A stretch of 64,000 bases of DNA from Candidatus Latescibacterota bacterium (GCA_965116875.1 OZ220733.1:3520001-3584000); one strand, 5' to 3'; counted from the stretch's first letter, positions 11,210 through 21,523 are shown. Translations and numbers: made by a program. The notes: generated by a model not told the origin, from the letters alone.

Positions 11210-12367
11210 TCATCGCTCCACCAGTGAAATTCTCTTGTTATACCAGTTCATGAACGCGGATATGGACAGGGAGATGGAAAGATAGACGGCCAGTACAATG
11301 GACATGCATTCCAATGCGCGGCCGGTCTGGTTGAGCGAAATGCCCCCAATGGTCGCCACGACGTCCATATACCCCACCGCGATGGCAAGGGATGAGTTCT
11401 TGGTCAGATTGAGATACTGGCTGATCAAAGGAGGGACAATGGTCCGCAGCGCCTGCGGCAAAATGATCAGCCGCATGGTAAGATTCGGTCTGATACCCAA
11501 AGCGTAAGCGGCTTCGGTCTGTCCGTAACTGACGGCCAGAATTCCCGCTCTGACAATTTCAGCGATGAACGCCCCCGTATACACCCCGAGCGCAAGCGTC
11601 AATGCGAGAAACTCCGGACTCAGGACCAACCCGCCTTTGAAGTTAAACCTTTCAAACACGGGAAATTCGAATTCAATTGGAAACCCGAGAAGCCAGAACG
11701 CCAGCAGCGGAAGCGCAAGGATCACGGAGACGTTCGTCCAGTACACCGGATACCGTTGTCCGGTCAGTTCCTGTTTCTGTTTTGCAAACCGGTAAAAGCA
11801 ACAGGCGCCGCCAATTGCGATCATCAGCGCGGCAAGAACACCCCAGAATGCAGGTTCGAAAATCGGTTTCGGCGAATAGGCGCCGCGATTGGTCAGAAAA
11901 AACACACCGGCGGCCGATACGGCCTGCCTGGGGTGAGGCAGGTTGTGGACAATCACTCCATGGCACAATAATATCCACAGCAGAACCGGGACATTACGGC
12001 TGAATTCAACGAAACCGTAGGAAATCCTGTTGACCAGGAAGTTCGAGGACAGGCGCGCGACACCCGCGGCGAATCCAATCAGGGTCGCGAGCAGGATGCC
12101 GAAAAACGCGACCAGGGCCGTATTGATGACACCGACAACAGTCGCGCGAAGATGCGTGCTGCGCGAATCGTATTCGATCAGATGCTGGTTGATGTCGTAG
12201 TTGGAGGGCGTGAACAGAAAGCCGTAACTGACGTCTCTGCCAATCAGTTCGAGATTGTTGAGCATATTCCGAACGAAGAAACCGAGCAGCGACAGTACGA
12301 CGATGATCGCAACGATCTGAATGATCAGTTGCCGAGGCTTTTTTTCACTCCAGAGGCTTCCCAGCAT
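11210..12367 (-). CDS. aapQ: amino acid ABC transporter permease (AapQ-like)
   Basis: GQTEAAYALG, YLNLTKNSSLAIAVGY, NQTGRA. Confidence 0.88.
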   Translation of the reverse strand: MLGSLWSEKKPRQLIIQIVAIIVVLSLLGFFVRNMLNNLELIGRDVSYGFLFTPSNYDINQHLIEYDSRSTHLRATVVGVINTALVAFFGILLATLIGFAAGVARLSSNFLVNRISYGFVEFSRNVPVLLWILLCHGVIVHNLPHPRQAVSAAGVFFLTNRGAYSPKPIFEPAFWGVLAALMIAIGGACCFYRFAKQKQELTGQRYPVYWTNVSVILALPLLAFWLLGFPIEFEFPVFERFNFKGGLVLSPEFLALTLALGVYTGAFIAEIVRAGILAVSYGQTEAAYALGIRPNLTMRLIILPQALRTIVPPLISQYLNLTKNSSLAIAVGYMDVVATIGGISLNQTGRALECMSIVLAVYLSISLSISAFMNWYNKRISLVER

Positions 12368-12462
12368 AGCTCACACGGAAAGACAGTCGATGGATTGATT
12401 CTGTGCGGGGCTCGAACGATGACGGCGCATGCAGATTGCGTGCGCCATCTTCATCCGTTAAT

Positions 12463-13488
12463 TTACCGGTACGGAGGCGCGTATAACAGGCCGCCCCCGG
12501 TCCACAGCGCATTGACACCTCTTTCGAGTCCGATGTCGGTATTCACGCCAAGGTTTTTTTCGAATATTTCGCCGTAGTTGCCAACCGAGGAAATGACGCT
12601 GACAACCCAGTCGGCCCTCAATCCGAGCATTGCGCCGTATTCGCCTTCGGAACCCAGCATTCTGTTGATTTCAGCGTCTTTGCTCGTCTGACCGGCCATT
12701 TCAGCGACATTTGCTGACGTTATCCCCTTTTCCTCGGCAATGATCAGAACGTTCAGTACCCAGCGAACCACGTCACCCCATTCATCGTCGCCGTGTCGAA
12801 CGAGCGGCCCCAGGGGTTCCTTGGATATGACTTCCGGAAGAACGACGTGGTCAGCCGGATTGTCCAGTGTTGCACGCGTTGCGGCAAGTCCCGAACGGTC
12901 CGTCGTATAGACGTCGCATCGTCCGCTGAGGTAATTCTGACGTGCTTCTTCATTGGATTCGATTGGAACAGGTTCGTAACTCATTCCGTTTCGACGGAAA
13001 AAATCCGCCAGATTCAGCTCCGTCGTCGTGCCGGTCTGAATGCACACCGAAGCGCCATCGAGTTCGGTTGCACTGGACACACCCAACGATGCGGGAACCA
13101 TAAACCCCTGGCCGTCGTAGAAGCTCACGCCCAGAAAAGTCAGTTTGAGATCAACGTCTCGACTGTACGTCCACGTCGTGTTCCTGGAAAGGATGTCAAT
13201 TTCACCTGCTTTCAGCGCCTCGAAGCGGGTCTTTCCGGTCAGGGTGGTGTATTTGACCTTTGATGCGTCACCGAATACCGCTGCTGCAACGGCATCGCAA
13301 AGTGCAACGTCGAATCCTCTCCAGTTGCCTTTGTCGTCAGTAAAAGCAAACCCGGCCAATCCTGTATTGATACCGCATTGAAGGTGGCCTCTTGCCCGTA
13401 CGTCATCGAGGGTACCTGCATGACTCAGCCCGGTGACTGCAAATCCGGCCAGAGCAAGTATCAGCGAACCGATCCTGATCGGTGTCAT
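12463..13488 (-). CDS. aapJ: amino acid ABC transporter substrate-binding protein (AapJ-like)
   Basis: Signal peptide, TLDDVRARGHLQCG, LSRNTTWTYSRD, FYDGQGFMV, ISKEPLGP, VGNYGEIF. Confidence 0.92.
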   Translation of the reverse strand: MTPIRIGSLILALAGFAVTGLSHAGTLDDVRARGHLQCGINTGLAGFAFTDDKGNWRGFDVALCDAVAAAVFGDASKVKYTTLTGKTRFEALKAGEIDILSRNTTWTYSRDVDLKLTFLGVSFYDGQGFMVPASLGVSSATELDGASVCIQTGTTTELNLADFFRRNGMSYEPVPIESNEEARQNYLSGRCDVYTTDRSGLAATRATLDNPADHVVLPEVISKEPLGPLVRHGDDEWGDVVRWVLNVLIIAEEKGITSANVAEMAGQTSKDAEINRMLGSEGEYGAMLGLRADWVVSVISSVGNYGEIFEKNLGVNTDIGLERGVNALWTGGGLLYAPPYR

Positions 13489-13668
13489 CGACAATCTCCC
13501 TGTTTGAGGTTTACTTCCATAACAGTCCGTTGACCCCTAAAATACGCCGGGCGCCTTCCAAGTATTATACGAAGGCGAGTCCTCTTTCCCAAGAGGTTGT
13601 TTCGGCAGTCGTGCCGCCTTTCATGAAACGCGCCGGGACCCCTGATCCACAGCCACAGGAGAGACAAA

Positions 13669-15033
13669 GTGAAACGCGAGCATATTTTCGCCCACTACGA
13701 ACAGGACGCGACCCGGTACTGGAAGCTCAGGGAGGGCGGGTACGCCAGTCCCATGAGCGTTTTCCAGGGGGACGAAATCACATTTCATATCTCGAATTCC
13801 AGATCGTACTATGACGTGTTCGTATATCACGAAGGGGCCGGACGGCGTCTCGTAAAAGAGATACGAAATCTGCGCGGCGCGCTTCCACGGATCCCCGAGT
13901 TCGGATACCGCGACGGATTCGACTGGCCCGCGACGGTGGGATTCCGGGTGCCTGATGACTGGAAGAGCGGTGTCTACATCGCGAGTTTTCCCACCGCGCA
14001 GGGGATCCGGGAGATCCTGTTCGTCGTTCGCCCGCGGGTTCCCGCCGCGCCTGTCCTTCTCACGATAGAGACCAATACCTACGCCGCCTACAACCCGGTG
14101 GGAGGAAAAAGCCTCTTTCACTACCTGTCCACCGATCGGACCCACAGCGACCTGGTGACGTTCGAGCGGCCTCTACAGCCGGACATGATGGGCGGATTCT
14201 ACGCGTGGGACCAGTTCATCACTTCGTGGCTGGACGCCGAAGGTTATTCCGTGGACTACTGCGTCAACGCGGACCACGACCGGGAACCGGACATTCTCGA
14301 CAGCTACCCCGCACATCTCAGGATCGGCCATGGAGAGTATACCAGCCGCGAAGAGTGTGAACAGCTTCAGCGCTTCGTCGCCCGCGGCGGGAACCTGATC
14401 GTGCTGGCGGGGAACTCGTTCTCGCACCTGGTGGAGACTCGGCACAACGGACGTCAGCTCTATTGCGCCAAGACCCGGTACAAGAAGCATCCGCTGGGCA
14501 CCCCGGAGGACCCGCACACGTCCCTGCTGCGCGGAATCGACAACCTTCGCCAGCGCACCATCGGGGTCTCATATTCGGCCGCCGTCCACGCGAAGACGGC
14601 TACGCCCGGTGTGTTCATTGCGCCGACAACCGAAGAGTACGGGTTCTTCCGCGTGAGCCGCCCGGAACACTGGGCGTTCGAGGGGACCGGGTTGGCGGAA
14701 GGGGACGAATTCGGACGCGAGGACTCGATCGTGGGCGTGGAATGCGACGGCGGCGACGTCGAGTTCAGAGACGGCAAGCCATACTTCACGGGCAGCGACG
14801 GCATCAGCCCGCATTACCGGATCATCGCGATCGGTGACGCGGAAGACCACGGATTCAACGCGGACCTCGGCATTCACTACAACCGGTTCTACGCCACCAT
14901 TGCCGTGAACGAGACGGAGTTCGAGGGGACGGTCTTCACGGCGGCAACCATGGAATGGTCGCACGGACTGTACAGGAATGACGGCCCCGTGGCGCGAATC
15001 ACCCGCAACGTCCTGGATCGTCTGGGTGGATAG
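13669..15033 (+). CDS. N,N-dimethylformamidase beta-subunit-like protein
   Basis: Ig-like N-part (WKSGVYIA, LFVVRP), TNTYAAYN..GGKSL, WLDAEGYSVDY, GHGEY, GGNL..LAGNS, GVECD, GTVFTAATMEW. Confidence 0.7.
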   Translation: MKREHIFAHYEQDATRYWKLREGGYASPMSVFQGDEITFHISNSRSYYDVFVYHEGAGRRLVKEIRNLRGALPRIPEFGYRDGFDWPATVGFRVPDDWKSGVYIASFPTAQGIREILFVVRPRVPAAPVLLTIETNTYAAYNPVGGKSLFHYLSTDRTHSDLVTFERPLQPDMMGGFYAWDQFITSWLDAEGYSVDYCVNADHDREPDILDSYPAHLRIGHGEYTSREECEQLQRFVARGGNLIVLAGNSFSHLVETRHNGRQLYCAKTRYKKHPLGTPEDPHTSLLRGIDNLRQRTIGVSYSAAVHAKTATPGVFIAPTTEEYGFFRVSRPEHWAFEGTGLAEGDEFGREDSIVGVECDGGDVEFRDGKPYFTGSDGISPHYRIIAIGDAEDHGFNADLGIHYNRFYATIAVNETEFEGTVFTAATMEWSHGLYRNDGPVARITRNVLDRLGG

Positions 15034-15042
15034 GCGAGAGCA

Positions 15043-16380
15043 GTAGGGCAGGCCGACGAAGGATCGACTGCGGCATGGGATCATCCCCGAGCGATTTTCA
15101 CGTTTCGATACCTGAGAGGCGGCACGTCCGCCTTCTGCATTGACGGCGTCAAATGGCATTGTGACCGAACGTCGTGTGCAAAACCACACGGTAGAAATTC
15201 TCGTGAATCGTCGCGTCAACATCTAAAGTCGTTCACCAATCCTTGGACAAGTCTCCCATGGCCGGATTGGTACAACTGATCAGATTGAGCTTTTTCTGGC
15301 GGCTCCAACCCTTCAGTTGCATTTCCCGCGAAATCGCTACGTGAATATCGGATGTCTGTTCAAAGTATAACAGTCGATTCAAACCGTATTTGCGTGTGAA
15401 TCCTGCAAAGTGCTTGTGTTTGTGCTCATAGACCCGTCGTCTGAGATCATTCGTGACGCCAATATAGAGGGTTCCAGTTCGATTTGTCATAATGTAGACG
15501 AAGTATTGGTTCATGGGAGTTTTGGACTGCCCGAACTTCTGACCAGGCGTCGATATGCGCTCTTTACCCCGCTCAGAATGACATGCTGGCCTATTGCCAG
15601 GCACAACGCTTCCCGCTGTCATCCAGAGGAGGCTTGGGTGCAACGTCCAGGAAACACATCCGTTACACGTGAGACCAGAATGTCATGTAGAGAAAGCCCC
15701 AGGCCGACGAAGGATCTACTGCGGCATGGGATGATTACAAAGCGTCAGGCATTCGATCCGCCAACAAATGCAGCACAATACCGCTCCTGATTCGACTCCA
15801 CTCAGATTGACATACTTTGCAGTAATTGCTGGCGAAATCTGTCGGTCAGGTGTCGGTACAAACTGTCATCCTGGCGATGCTCGTGTGAGGGTGGGGCGGA
15901 CATTCCTGTCTGCCCTCGTCATAGCATTCTGTCGCCATGGATAAAGTTTGACGAAGCCGCCAAAATGACGAAGCGTCCGCGCACAAGTTCATCTACAAAG
16001 ACGATGAACTACACGTACAATCGAGAAGACGGGAGATTCTTCGCTGCGCTCTGAATGACACGACTTGCAAAAAAACCATCGGCGAAATGTATCTGTTAGA
16101 TCTTCGCTCCGCTCTGAATGACATGCTGACCGATCGGCAAGCACGATGCTCCCCACTGTCATCCAGAGGAGGCCTGGGTGCAACGTCCGCGAAGTGCATC
16201 GGTTTCACTGGACACCAGACTATCATCTTGGGCCGGCACCCAGGCCGACGAAGGATCTACTGCAGCATCGTATCGTCTCTGCGCGAATTGCACGTGGCGG
16301 TCCCTGAGAGGCAGCACGTCCGCCTCCACCGCGGGACGGCAGCGGCGAACGATGCTTCGACTCCGCTCAGAATGACATGC
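15043..16380. repeat. cluster of REP-like palindromic repeats around the GIY-YIG gene
   Basis: GGCCGACGAAGGATC at ~15051, 15702, 16243; GCTCWGAATGACA at ~15571, 16048, 16111, 16365; TGTCATCCAGAGGAGGC at ~15617 and 16157; ~155-bp near duplication 15571-15726 vs 16111-16270. Confidence 0.8.
15233..15514 (-). CDS. small GIY-YIG nuclease (YhbQ/UPF0213-like)
   Basis: YFVYIMTNRTGTLYIGVTNDLRRRVYEHK...AISREMQLKGWSRQKK; 93 aa from ATG 15514. Confidence 0.92.
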   Translation of the reverse strand: MNQYFVYIMTNRTGTLYIGVTNDLRRRVYEHKHKHFAGFTRKYGLNRLLYFEQTSDIHVAISREMQLKGWSRQKKLNLISCTNPAMGDLSKDW

Positions 16381-16589
16381 GTCGCAACAAACACAAACGA
16401 ATGGCAACCTGGTTTTCGTTATCCGGGCTACACCCGTACAAGTTCGCGAATTGGAGCCAATTTACGATCGTCTTCTCAGAGAATCCCACGGTTCCTCAAC
16501 AGCAGTGATGGTCATTCACGGCCTTGCAGTGTTCAGCCGCAACCAGATAGATGGAAGTGAACATACGATCCCATCTGCCGGCCCAATCA

Positions 16590-16844
16590 CTATTCTTCCA
16601 AATACTTCGACCACAAGTTCAGTGCCACCAGCGCAGTCATAAATATCACAAGAATACCTACGACTGCGGATTTCAATATCTGTCGTATCGTCAACAGTGA
16701 CGGAGGAAAAGTCAAAGCAAAACACACCACACCCAGGAATAAGAACACCCAGGCCATCACGCGCAACCGATGAAGGGCTTTCGGTAAGTTTCTTCTAAAG
16801 AGAATGGAAATTCCATCAAATACAAGGTGGAGAAGATAATCCAT
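16590..16844 (-). CDS. 84-aa hypothetical membrane protein (paralog 1)
   Basis: GAGGA RBS, two hydrophobic helices; highly similar to 19734-19988. Confidence 0.7.
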   Translation of the reverse strand: MDYLLHLVFDGISILFRRNLPKALHRLRVMAWVFLFLGVVCFALTFPPSLLTIRQILKSAVVGILVIFMTALVALNLWSKYLEE

Positions 16845-16973
16845 GAATTAAGATTCCTCTTCAACTAACGAGAGGTCATTTCAACACCGCCGGTTTTGTC
16901 TTTGACAAAAGCACCGGTTTAAAATTGGACACGGAAGACCGGATGGTGAGTGGAGGTGGCATCCACTCGGCAA

Positions 16974-17237
16974 TATTCGAATTAACGTCCCGCAAAAATG
17001 ACGAATCGTGGTTAACCTTGATTCGCAATTATCCGGGGTCCTGAATGTCGAATATATACAGAAGAACAGAGGCGAATTGATGTCAAAGATCCCGGATACT
17101 TGAGGTCACTGGACGTGAACGGGAATTTCATCCATTTGTACGACCTCGATGCCGCGCTCTTGCGCTGATTCCTTCTGTGCCTTTTGTGCTTTCTGTGGTA
17201 AGTTTTGGCGTTGCCCTTTTTTTCGAATCAAGGATAA
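16974..17237. mobile_element. MITE family A: a partial end (16974-17015) joined at a shared TTAA to a full inverted copy (17012-17237)
   Basis: ...CGAATCGTGG-TTAA-CCTTGATTCG...CGAATCAAGG; internal motifs are reverse complements of those in copy 1. Confidence 0.75.
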
Positions 17238-17247
17238 AAGGCGGTGA

Positions 17248-18093
17248 ATGATGGAGTCCTGGAGAATAATACTCTGGTTGATAACGATCGGTTTTGTGAT
17301 TATCGTCCTGGCTTTCTTGGTCGTTCCGCCGATTGTCTGGTGGGTCTATAGACGCTATATAGCTCCCCTTGAAGATCGGTATCGAACTTTCTGGCCCCGA
17401 CTGTGGGCGAGTTGGATTGATTGTGTGGTGCTATTTCCATTCGCCATTGTCTTTGGGATTCTATTTCACCCGGAAGTTGCAGGTGCATTGTGGGAAGAGG
17501 CGCGTTGGATGTTGATCGTTGTCTCTCTGATAAATCACGCATATTTGTGGTTCTATTCGATTTATATGCATGGTCGATGGGGGCGGACAGTTGGGAAAAT
17601 GACCACACGGGTCAAGGTTGTTGATGCTGTTACTGAAGAACCCATCACTTACAAGAAAGCATTCCTTCGAGACAGTGTCCCTATTCTGATTCTGTTCCCG
17701 TTAAAAATCTACTCGCTCTATCGTCTGTTAACCGGGTCAGGATACAATATACTTCAGGCAAGTTCAGATTATTCTGCGCTGGCCAATATTGTCGATTGGA
17801 CAGATTTTATCGCAGGACTCTGGTGGTTCGCCGAGATTGTCACGATGCTCACGAATGAAAAGCGACGGGCCGTACACGACTTTATCGCGGGGACGGTTGT
17901 CGTGAGAATGAATGTGGACGAAGATAACGAAAAGATTGGTGGGTGTCTTCATTACGCCAGGGAGAGTATTTACAGCACTCCGCGCGGAAACCCGACAAGA
18001 GGATTGGTGGGTCCCAATACTTATAGTGACTATCGTCGTTTTTATTCAAGGATCTTTGTTGTTTCCAAATGCTTTAGAAAAATCAGTATCTGA
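17248..18093 (+). CDS. RDD family membrane protein with a C-terminal run-on
   Basis: YRTFWPRLWASWID, GRTVGKM..RVKVV, KRRAVHDFIAGTVVV. Confidence 0.85.
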   Translation: MMESWRIILWLITIGFVIIVLAFLVVPPIVWWVYRRYIAPLEDRYRTFWPRLWASWIDCVVLFPFAIVFGILFHPEVAGALWEEARWMLIVVSLINHAYLWFYSIYMHGRWGRTVGKMTTRVKVVDAVTEEPITYKKAFLRDSVPILILFPLKIYSLYRLLTGSGYNILQASSDYSALANIVDWTDFIAGLWWFAEIVTMLTNEKRRAVHDFIAGTVVVRMNVDEDNEKIGGCLHYARESIYSTPRGNPTRGLVGPNTYSDYRRFYSRIFVVSKCFRKISI

Positions 18094-18607
18094 TCAACTT
18101 CAGCATATTGAAAGCATCGACAGGAAGAACTGGTCCTTGTATCTTGACAATGCCCGTTTGACGGGTTTGAATTCTGCCTATACCACATCGATTGCTGGAG
18201 CAATTGGTATTTTTCTTGTGGCTGTCATTTATTGGGTAATAATTCGTGTTATATTTCGAAGCAACGTTACTTACAAAATGGTCTTGGCAGTGACAAGTTG
18301 TAGCTTTCTCATTCAAGTCCTCGAGGCGGTGGTTACAATACCACTTGCCATGGATGCCAGGTTGACTCGAGTCCAGATCCGCCTGGGGTCATTGGTGCCC
18401 GAATCTTTAGATGGAGTTCTTTTCTTTGATTTTCTGTCCTTAATCTCGGTATTTGATCTCTGGAAATATGCACTAATGGGGTTCGGTTTGGTAATCGTAA
18501 GCGGAATTGAATCGAAAATAGCGAAGTACTGTTTATTCGTACTTTGTCTCGCCAGTGCCCTGGGTGTGGCTGGCCAGGAGTGGGGGCCGTCAATTAGATT
18601 CAAGTAA
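17912..18607 (+). CDS. Yip1/YIP1-like membrane protein
   Basis: LVGVFITPGRVFTALR...WWVPIL, later TM helices, YKMVLAV, SVFDLW; overlaps the RDD ORF. Confidence 0.7.
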   Translation: MWTKITKRLVGVFITPGRVFTALRAETRQEDWWVPILIVTIVVFIQGSLLFPNALEKSVSDQLQHIESIDRKNWSLYLDNARLTGLNSAYTTSIAGAIGIFLVAVIYWVIIRVIFRSNVTYKMVLAVTSCSFLIQVLEAVVTIPLAMDARLTRVQIRLGSLVPESLDGVLFFDFLSLISVFDLWKYALMGFGLVIVSGIESKIAKYCLFVLCLASALGVAGQEWGPSIRFK

Positions 18608-18719
18608 ATGCACGCGAACGCCGGGATCTAATCTCGTCGCCACACGCTACATCACATGACCGAGGGCTAATTCCCTACACGAGGTTTGTAGTCCACGTTT
18701 TCGGAGGGGGGAACCAAGA

Positions 18720-18938
18720 TTGAAGTATACGTCTATTCTACTTGGTTGTATAATCGGACTCTCTATAGGACTGTCGTTTAGATGGGTGAGTATAATCAGC
18801 AAGTTAGGACTATCTCGATTCAGGAAGACTATCGAGTTAATATTGGCAATAATTGGGCTCGTATCACTCCCGATTTTGACATGGTATCATGGATTTCTGA
18901 CCGCATTCGAGGGTTTGACTGATCTTTTTGTTGATTAA
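18720..18938 (+). CDS. 72-aa hypothetical membrane protein
   Basis: GGAGGGGG RBS before TTG; two hydrophobic segments. Confidence 0.5.
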   Translation: MKYTSILLGCIIGLSIGLSFRWVSIISKLGLSRFRKTIELILAIIGLVSLPILTWYHGFLTAFEGLTDLFVD

Positions 18939-19093
18939 CCAGATTATCCATCGGAAATAATCAATCGCCCTGGCACACAGCCCAGGGCGATTCGCTTTGG
19001 GTATTTGAATTCAATAGCCAAGGAATCAGGGGTCATATGGCATTTTATCAGGGAGTTCCCCTTCGTTCTCATCTTCTTTTTATAATCACCAAA

Positions 19094-19275
19094 ATGCGAC
19101 CTTTGCATGATCGGCCTGATCAGGCCACCTGAGATGCGGTTAAGGTTTCGGACCTTCCGCCGACGTTTCGACGTGTCAATGATCGCCCATATGGAGCCAC
19201 GTGAAGATCGGCGTAATGGCGCCACCTGAGGTAAGCGGAAACGGGTCTCAAACTTTCCGGCGACGGTTCTACCTT
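19094..19275. repeat. 25-bp-unit minisatellite element, copy A
   Basis: Units such as ATGGAGCCACGTGAAGATCGGCGTA plus a conserved tail; similar to 21524-21747 and 22520-22691. Confidence 0.75.
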
Positions 19276-19284
19276 CGCAGAACA

Positions 19285-19660
19285 TGTCATCTTGAGGAGG
19301 CCAGCGCGCTCAGAATGGCGTGTTTTACGATCGTCATGCACGTGGCTTCCCGCTGTTATTCAGAGGACTTGCACTGAGCCTGTCGAAGCAAGCCTGCCGA
19401 AGGATTGTCGAAGGGTCGAAGGGGCACCCGGGCCGACGAAGGATCTACTGCGGCATCGGAGGATCTCATAAGTTCCCTCATTCGTGTAACCTGACGAGCA
19501 GAATCTGGTTTGAAGGTGGGGCGGACATTCCTGTCTGCCCGGTCTCCGGTTTGGCCCCGAGGCTCACGATAGATGGCCAGGGGGCGCCGCAATACGGGCA
19601 TTTCGACAAGCTCAATGACCACGTGTTGATAAGGACTCTTCGACTCCGCTCAGAATGACA
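19285..19660. repeat. composite palindromic element with nested REP-like units
   Basis: TGTCATCTTGAGGAGG...GGCCGACGAAGGATCT...CTTCGACTCCGCTCAGAATGACA enclosing CTGAGCCTGTCGAAG, GTGGGGCGGACATTCCTGTCTGCCC and TTCGACAAGCTCA. Confidence 0.7.
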
Positions 19661-19733
19661 TGGCAATTGCGAGCCGAATAACGCCCAGTTGCGCCCCTGG
19701 GCTTGTTTCGAATAACACCGGTCCCGAATATCA

Positions 19734-19988
19734 CTATTCTTCCAAATACTTCGACCACAAGTTAAGTGCCACCAGCGCACTCATAAATATCACGAGAATT
19801 CCTACGACTGCGAATTTTAATATCTGTCGAATCGTCACCAACGACGTAGAAAGAGTCAAAGCAAAACAAACCACACCCAGAAACAAGAAAACCCAGGCCA
19901 TCACGCGCAACCGATGAAGGGCTTTCGGTAAGTGCCTTTTAAACAAAATGGATATACCATCAATCACAAGCCGGAGAAGCAGATCCAT
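19734..19988 (-). CDS. 84-aa hypothetical membrane protein (paralog 2)
   Basis: Same length and shared motifs (LPKALHRLRVMAWVFLFLGVVCFAL, ALVALNLWSKYLEE) as 16590-16844. Confidence 0.7.
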   Translation of the reverse strand: MDLLLRLVIDGISILFKRHLPKALHRLRVMAWVFLFLGVVCFALTLSTSLVTIRQILKFAVVGILVIFMSALVALNLWSKYLEE

Positions 19989-20123
19989 AAGTCAGGATTC
20001 CTCTATTACCAATTCATCGGCCATTCGTTCTATCGCCCGTACCAAAGACGTGTTAACAGAGACAACTGAAAAAAGAATACGGCACGCGAACTCCCAATTG
20101 CCCACGGCCGCACCTGGGCTTGC

Positions 20124-20768
20124 CTAATCTTCTTCCCCCTCGTCAATATTCGTCCTGACCACAACTGTTCCTGCGATAAAATCATGCACCGCTCGTCTCC
20201 TATCATTGGTAAGCATGGTGATGATCTCAACGAACCACCAGATCCCACGAATATATAGCGTCCAATTTGCAAGTTCATTTAATGCAGACGATCCGCGAAC
20301 CGGAGATTCAATTAGCAATAAATAAGAATTATAAATAAGCAGTGGAATGCTAAGCAATATTGGTACACAATCTCGAAGCAAGGCGTGCCGAAAGGTAATC
20401 GGTTCCTCGGTTAAAGCATTAACAACACGCACACGTGTAAACATCTTCCCCACGGTTTGACCGAAACGACCATGCAAATAAACTGAGTAGACCCACGATA
20501 TTACAGGATAACCCCAAACGATAACTATCACAGCCAGCCACAACGCCGTGTCCCAAACTGCAGGATAAAATGTCGCGAAATTTTGTGGAATATAGATCAA
20601 CACACTTAGCACCAAAGCATCAGTAATACTCGCCCATAATCGAGGCCAGAATGTCCGATACCGTTGGTCCGGATAAGCCGGGTGTTTTCTGTAGAACCAC
20701 CAGGTGATCGGCGGTATCGTAAGAAAAACCAGGACAATAATCACAATAATGACTATAAAGTCTATCAT
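20124..20768 (-). CDS. RDD family membrane protein
   Basis: YRTFWPRLWASITD, GQTVGKM, RRRAVHDFIAGTVVV; ATG 20768 follows GGAGAG. Confidence 0.85.
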   Translation of the reverse strand: MIDFIVIIVIIVLVFLTIPPITWWFYRKHPAYPDQRYRTFWPRLWASITDALVLSVLIYIPQNFATFYPAVWDTALWLAVIVIVWGYPVISWVYSVYLHGRFGQTVGKMFTRVRVVNALTEEPITFRHALLRDCVPILLSIPLLIYNSYLLLIESPVRGSSALNELANWTLYIRGIWWFVEIITMLTNDRRRAVHDFIAGTVVVRTNIDEGEED

Positions 20769-20996
20769 ATCAGGTTCTCTCCAGGATTCCCCTGGACTCC
20801 AATCGCCCTGGGGAATCGAATGAGGTAATTTTACCGCGTGCAGCACTGTGAGAACGTGAAATCGCAGTATCTCTGGATGCGTCTTTCGCCGGATTTGCTG
20901 ACCACAAACAGGACCTTTGAGCGAGTAGGGGTTGCTCAAGGAGCTTGATCCTGAGAACCAGGTGGTATTGAAGGACTGCCCCTGAAGTCTAACCGA

Positions 20997-21521
20997 CTAA
21001 AGGAGTTTCATGCCGAAAACCAAGGCATTGTGGAAACCGTGGGCAATGGCAGTGACCCAATAGGCCCTCCAATAACTTACCCGTTTCCAATGGACTAAAG
21101 AAAGGGCAAAAACGAAACCACATGAGATACCAACGACCCAATCCGTCATGCTTGAAGGCGGAGGCAGAATATGCATTCCAGCAAAAACGCAAAGTGACAG
21201 ATAGACCATCAGGGGAATTCTGTTGGTGACAAGCGTTACCAGTCGAATTGGGAGCCATTGGCCAACAAATGTCTCAATTAGAGGCGCAGCAATAGCCACG
21301 GTTACAAATGTCTCCAGATAACCATCTTTCATTCCATCAGTGGCATCGCCTTCTACTGCGCCTCCGATATTTTCTATAAAGCCATACCAGAAAACCGCAA
21401 CAACCATAGCTACAAGGAGTTTTAGAACGAAGAGATAACCGGTGATTACAAGTATAAACCCGGGTATTCGAAACCTTTCAAGCCACTCAATATGCCGTTC
21501 CACGAAAACGCTTAGGCTCAT
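20997..21521 (-). CDS. CPBP (Abi/CAAX, type II) intramembrane protease-like protein
   Basis: APLIET, FAGMH and HGFHN motifs; multiple TM segments. Confidence 0.75.
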   Translation of the reverse strand: MSLSVFVERHIEWLERFRIPGFILVITGYLFVLKLLVAMVVAVFWYGFIENIGGAVEGDATDGMKDGYLETFVTVAIAAPLIETFVGQWLPIRLVTLVTNRIPLMVYLSLCVFAGMHILPPPSSMTDWVVGISCGFVFALSLVHWKRVSYWRAYWVTAIAHGFHNALVFGMKLL

Positions 21522-21523
21522 AT

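Noticed and set aside
18944-19658. ORFs across the repeat elements (113, 73, 112, 88 aa)
   Set aside because: They are translations of non-coding repeats (CHSERS-type peptides), like similar ORFs at 15.9-16.5 kb and 21.9-22.3 kb.
15043-19660. GGCCGACGAAGGATCTACTGCGGCAT copies as CRISPR repeats
   Set aside because: Spacing is irregular (hundreds to thousands of bp) and the copies are arms of palindromic elements.
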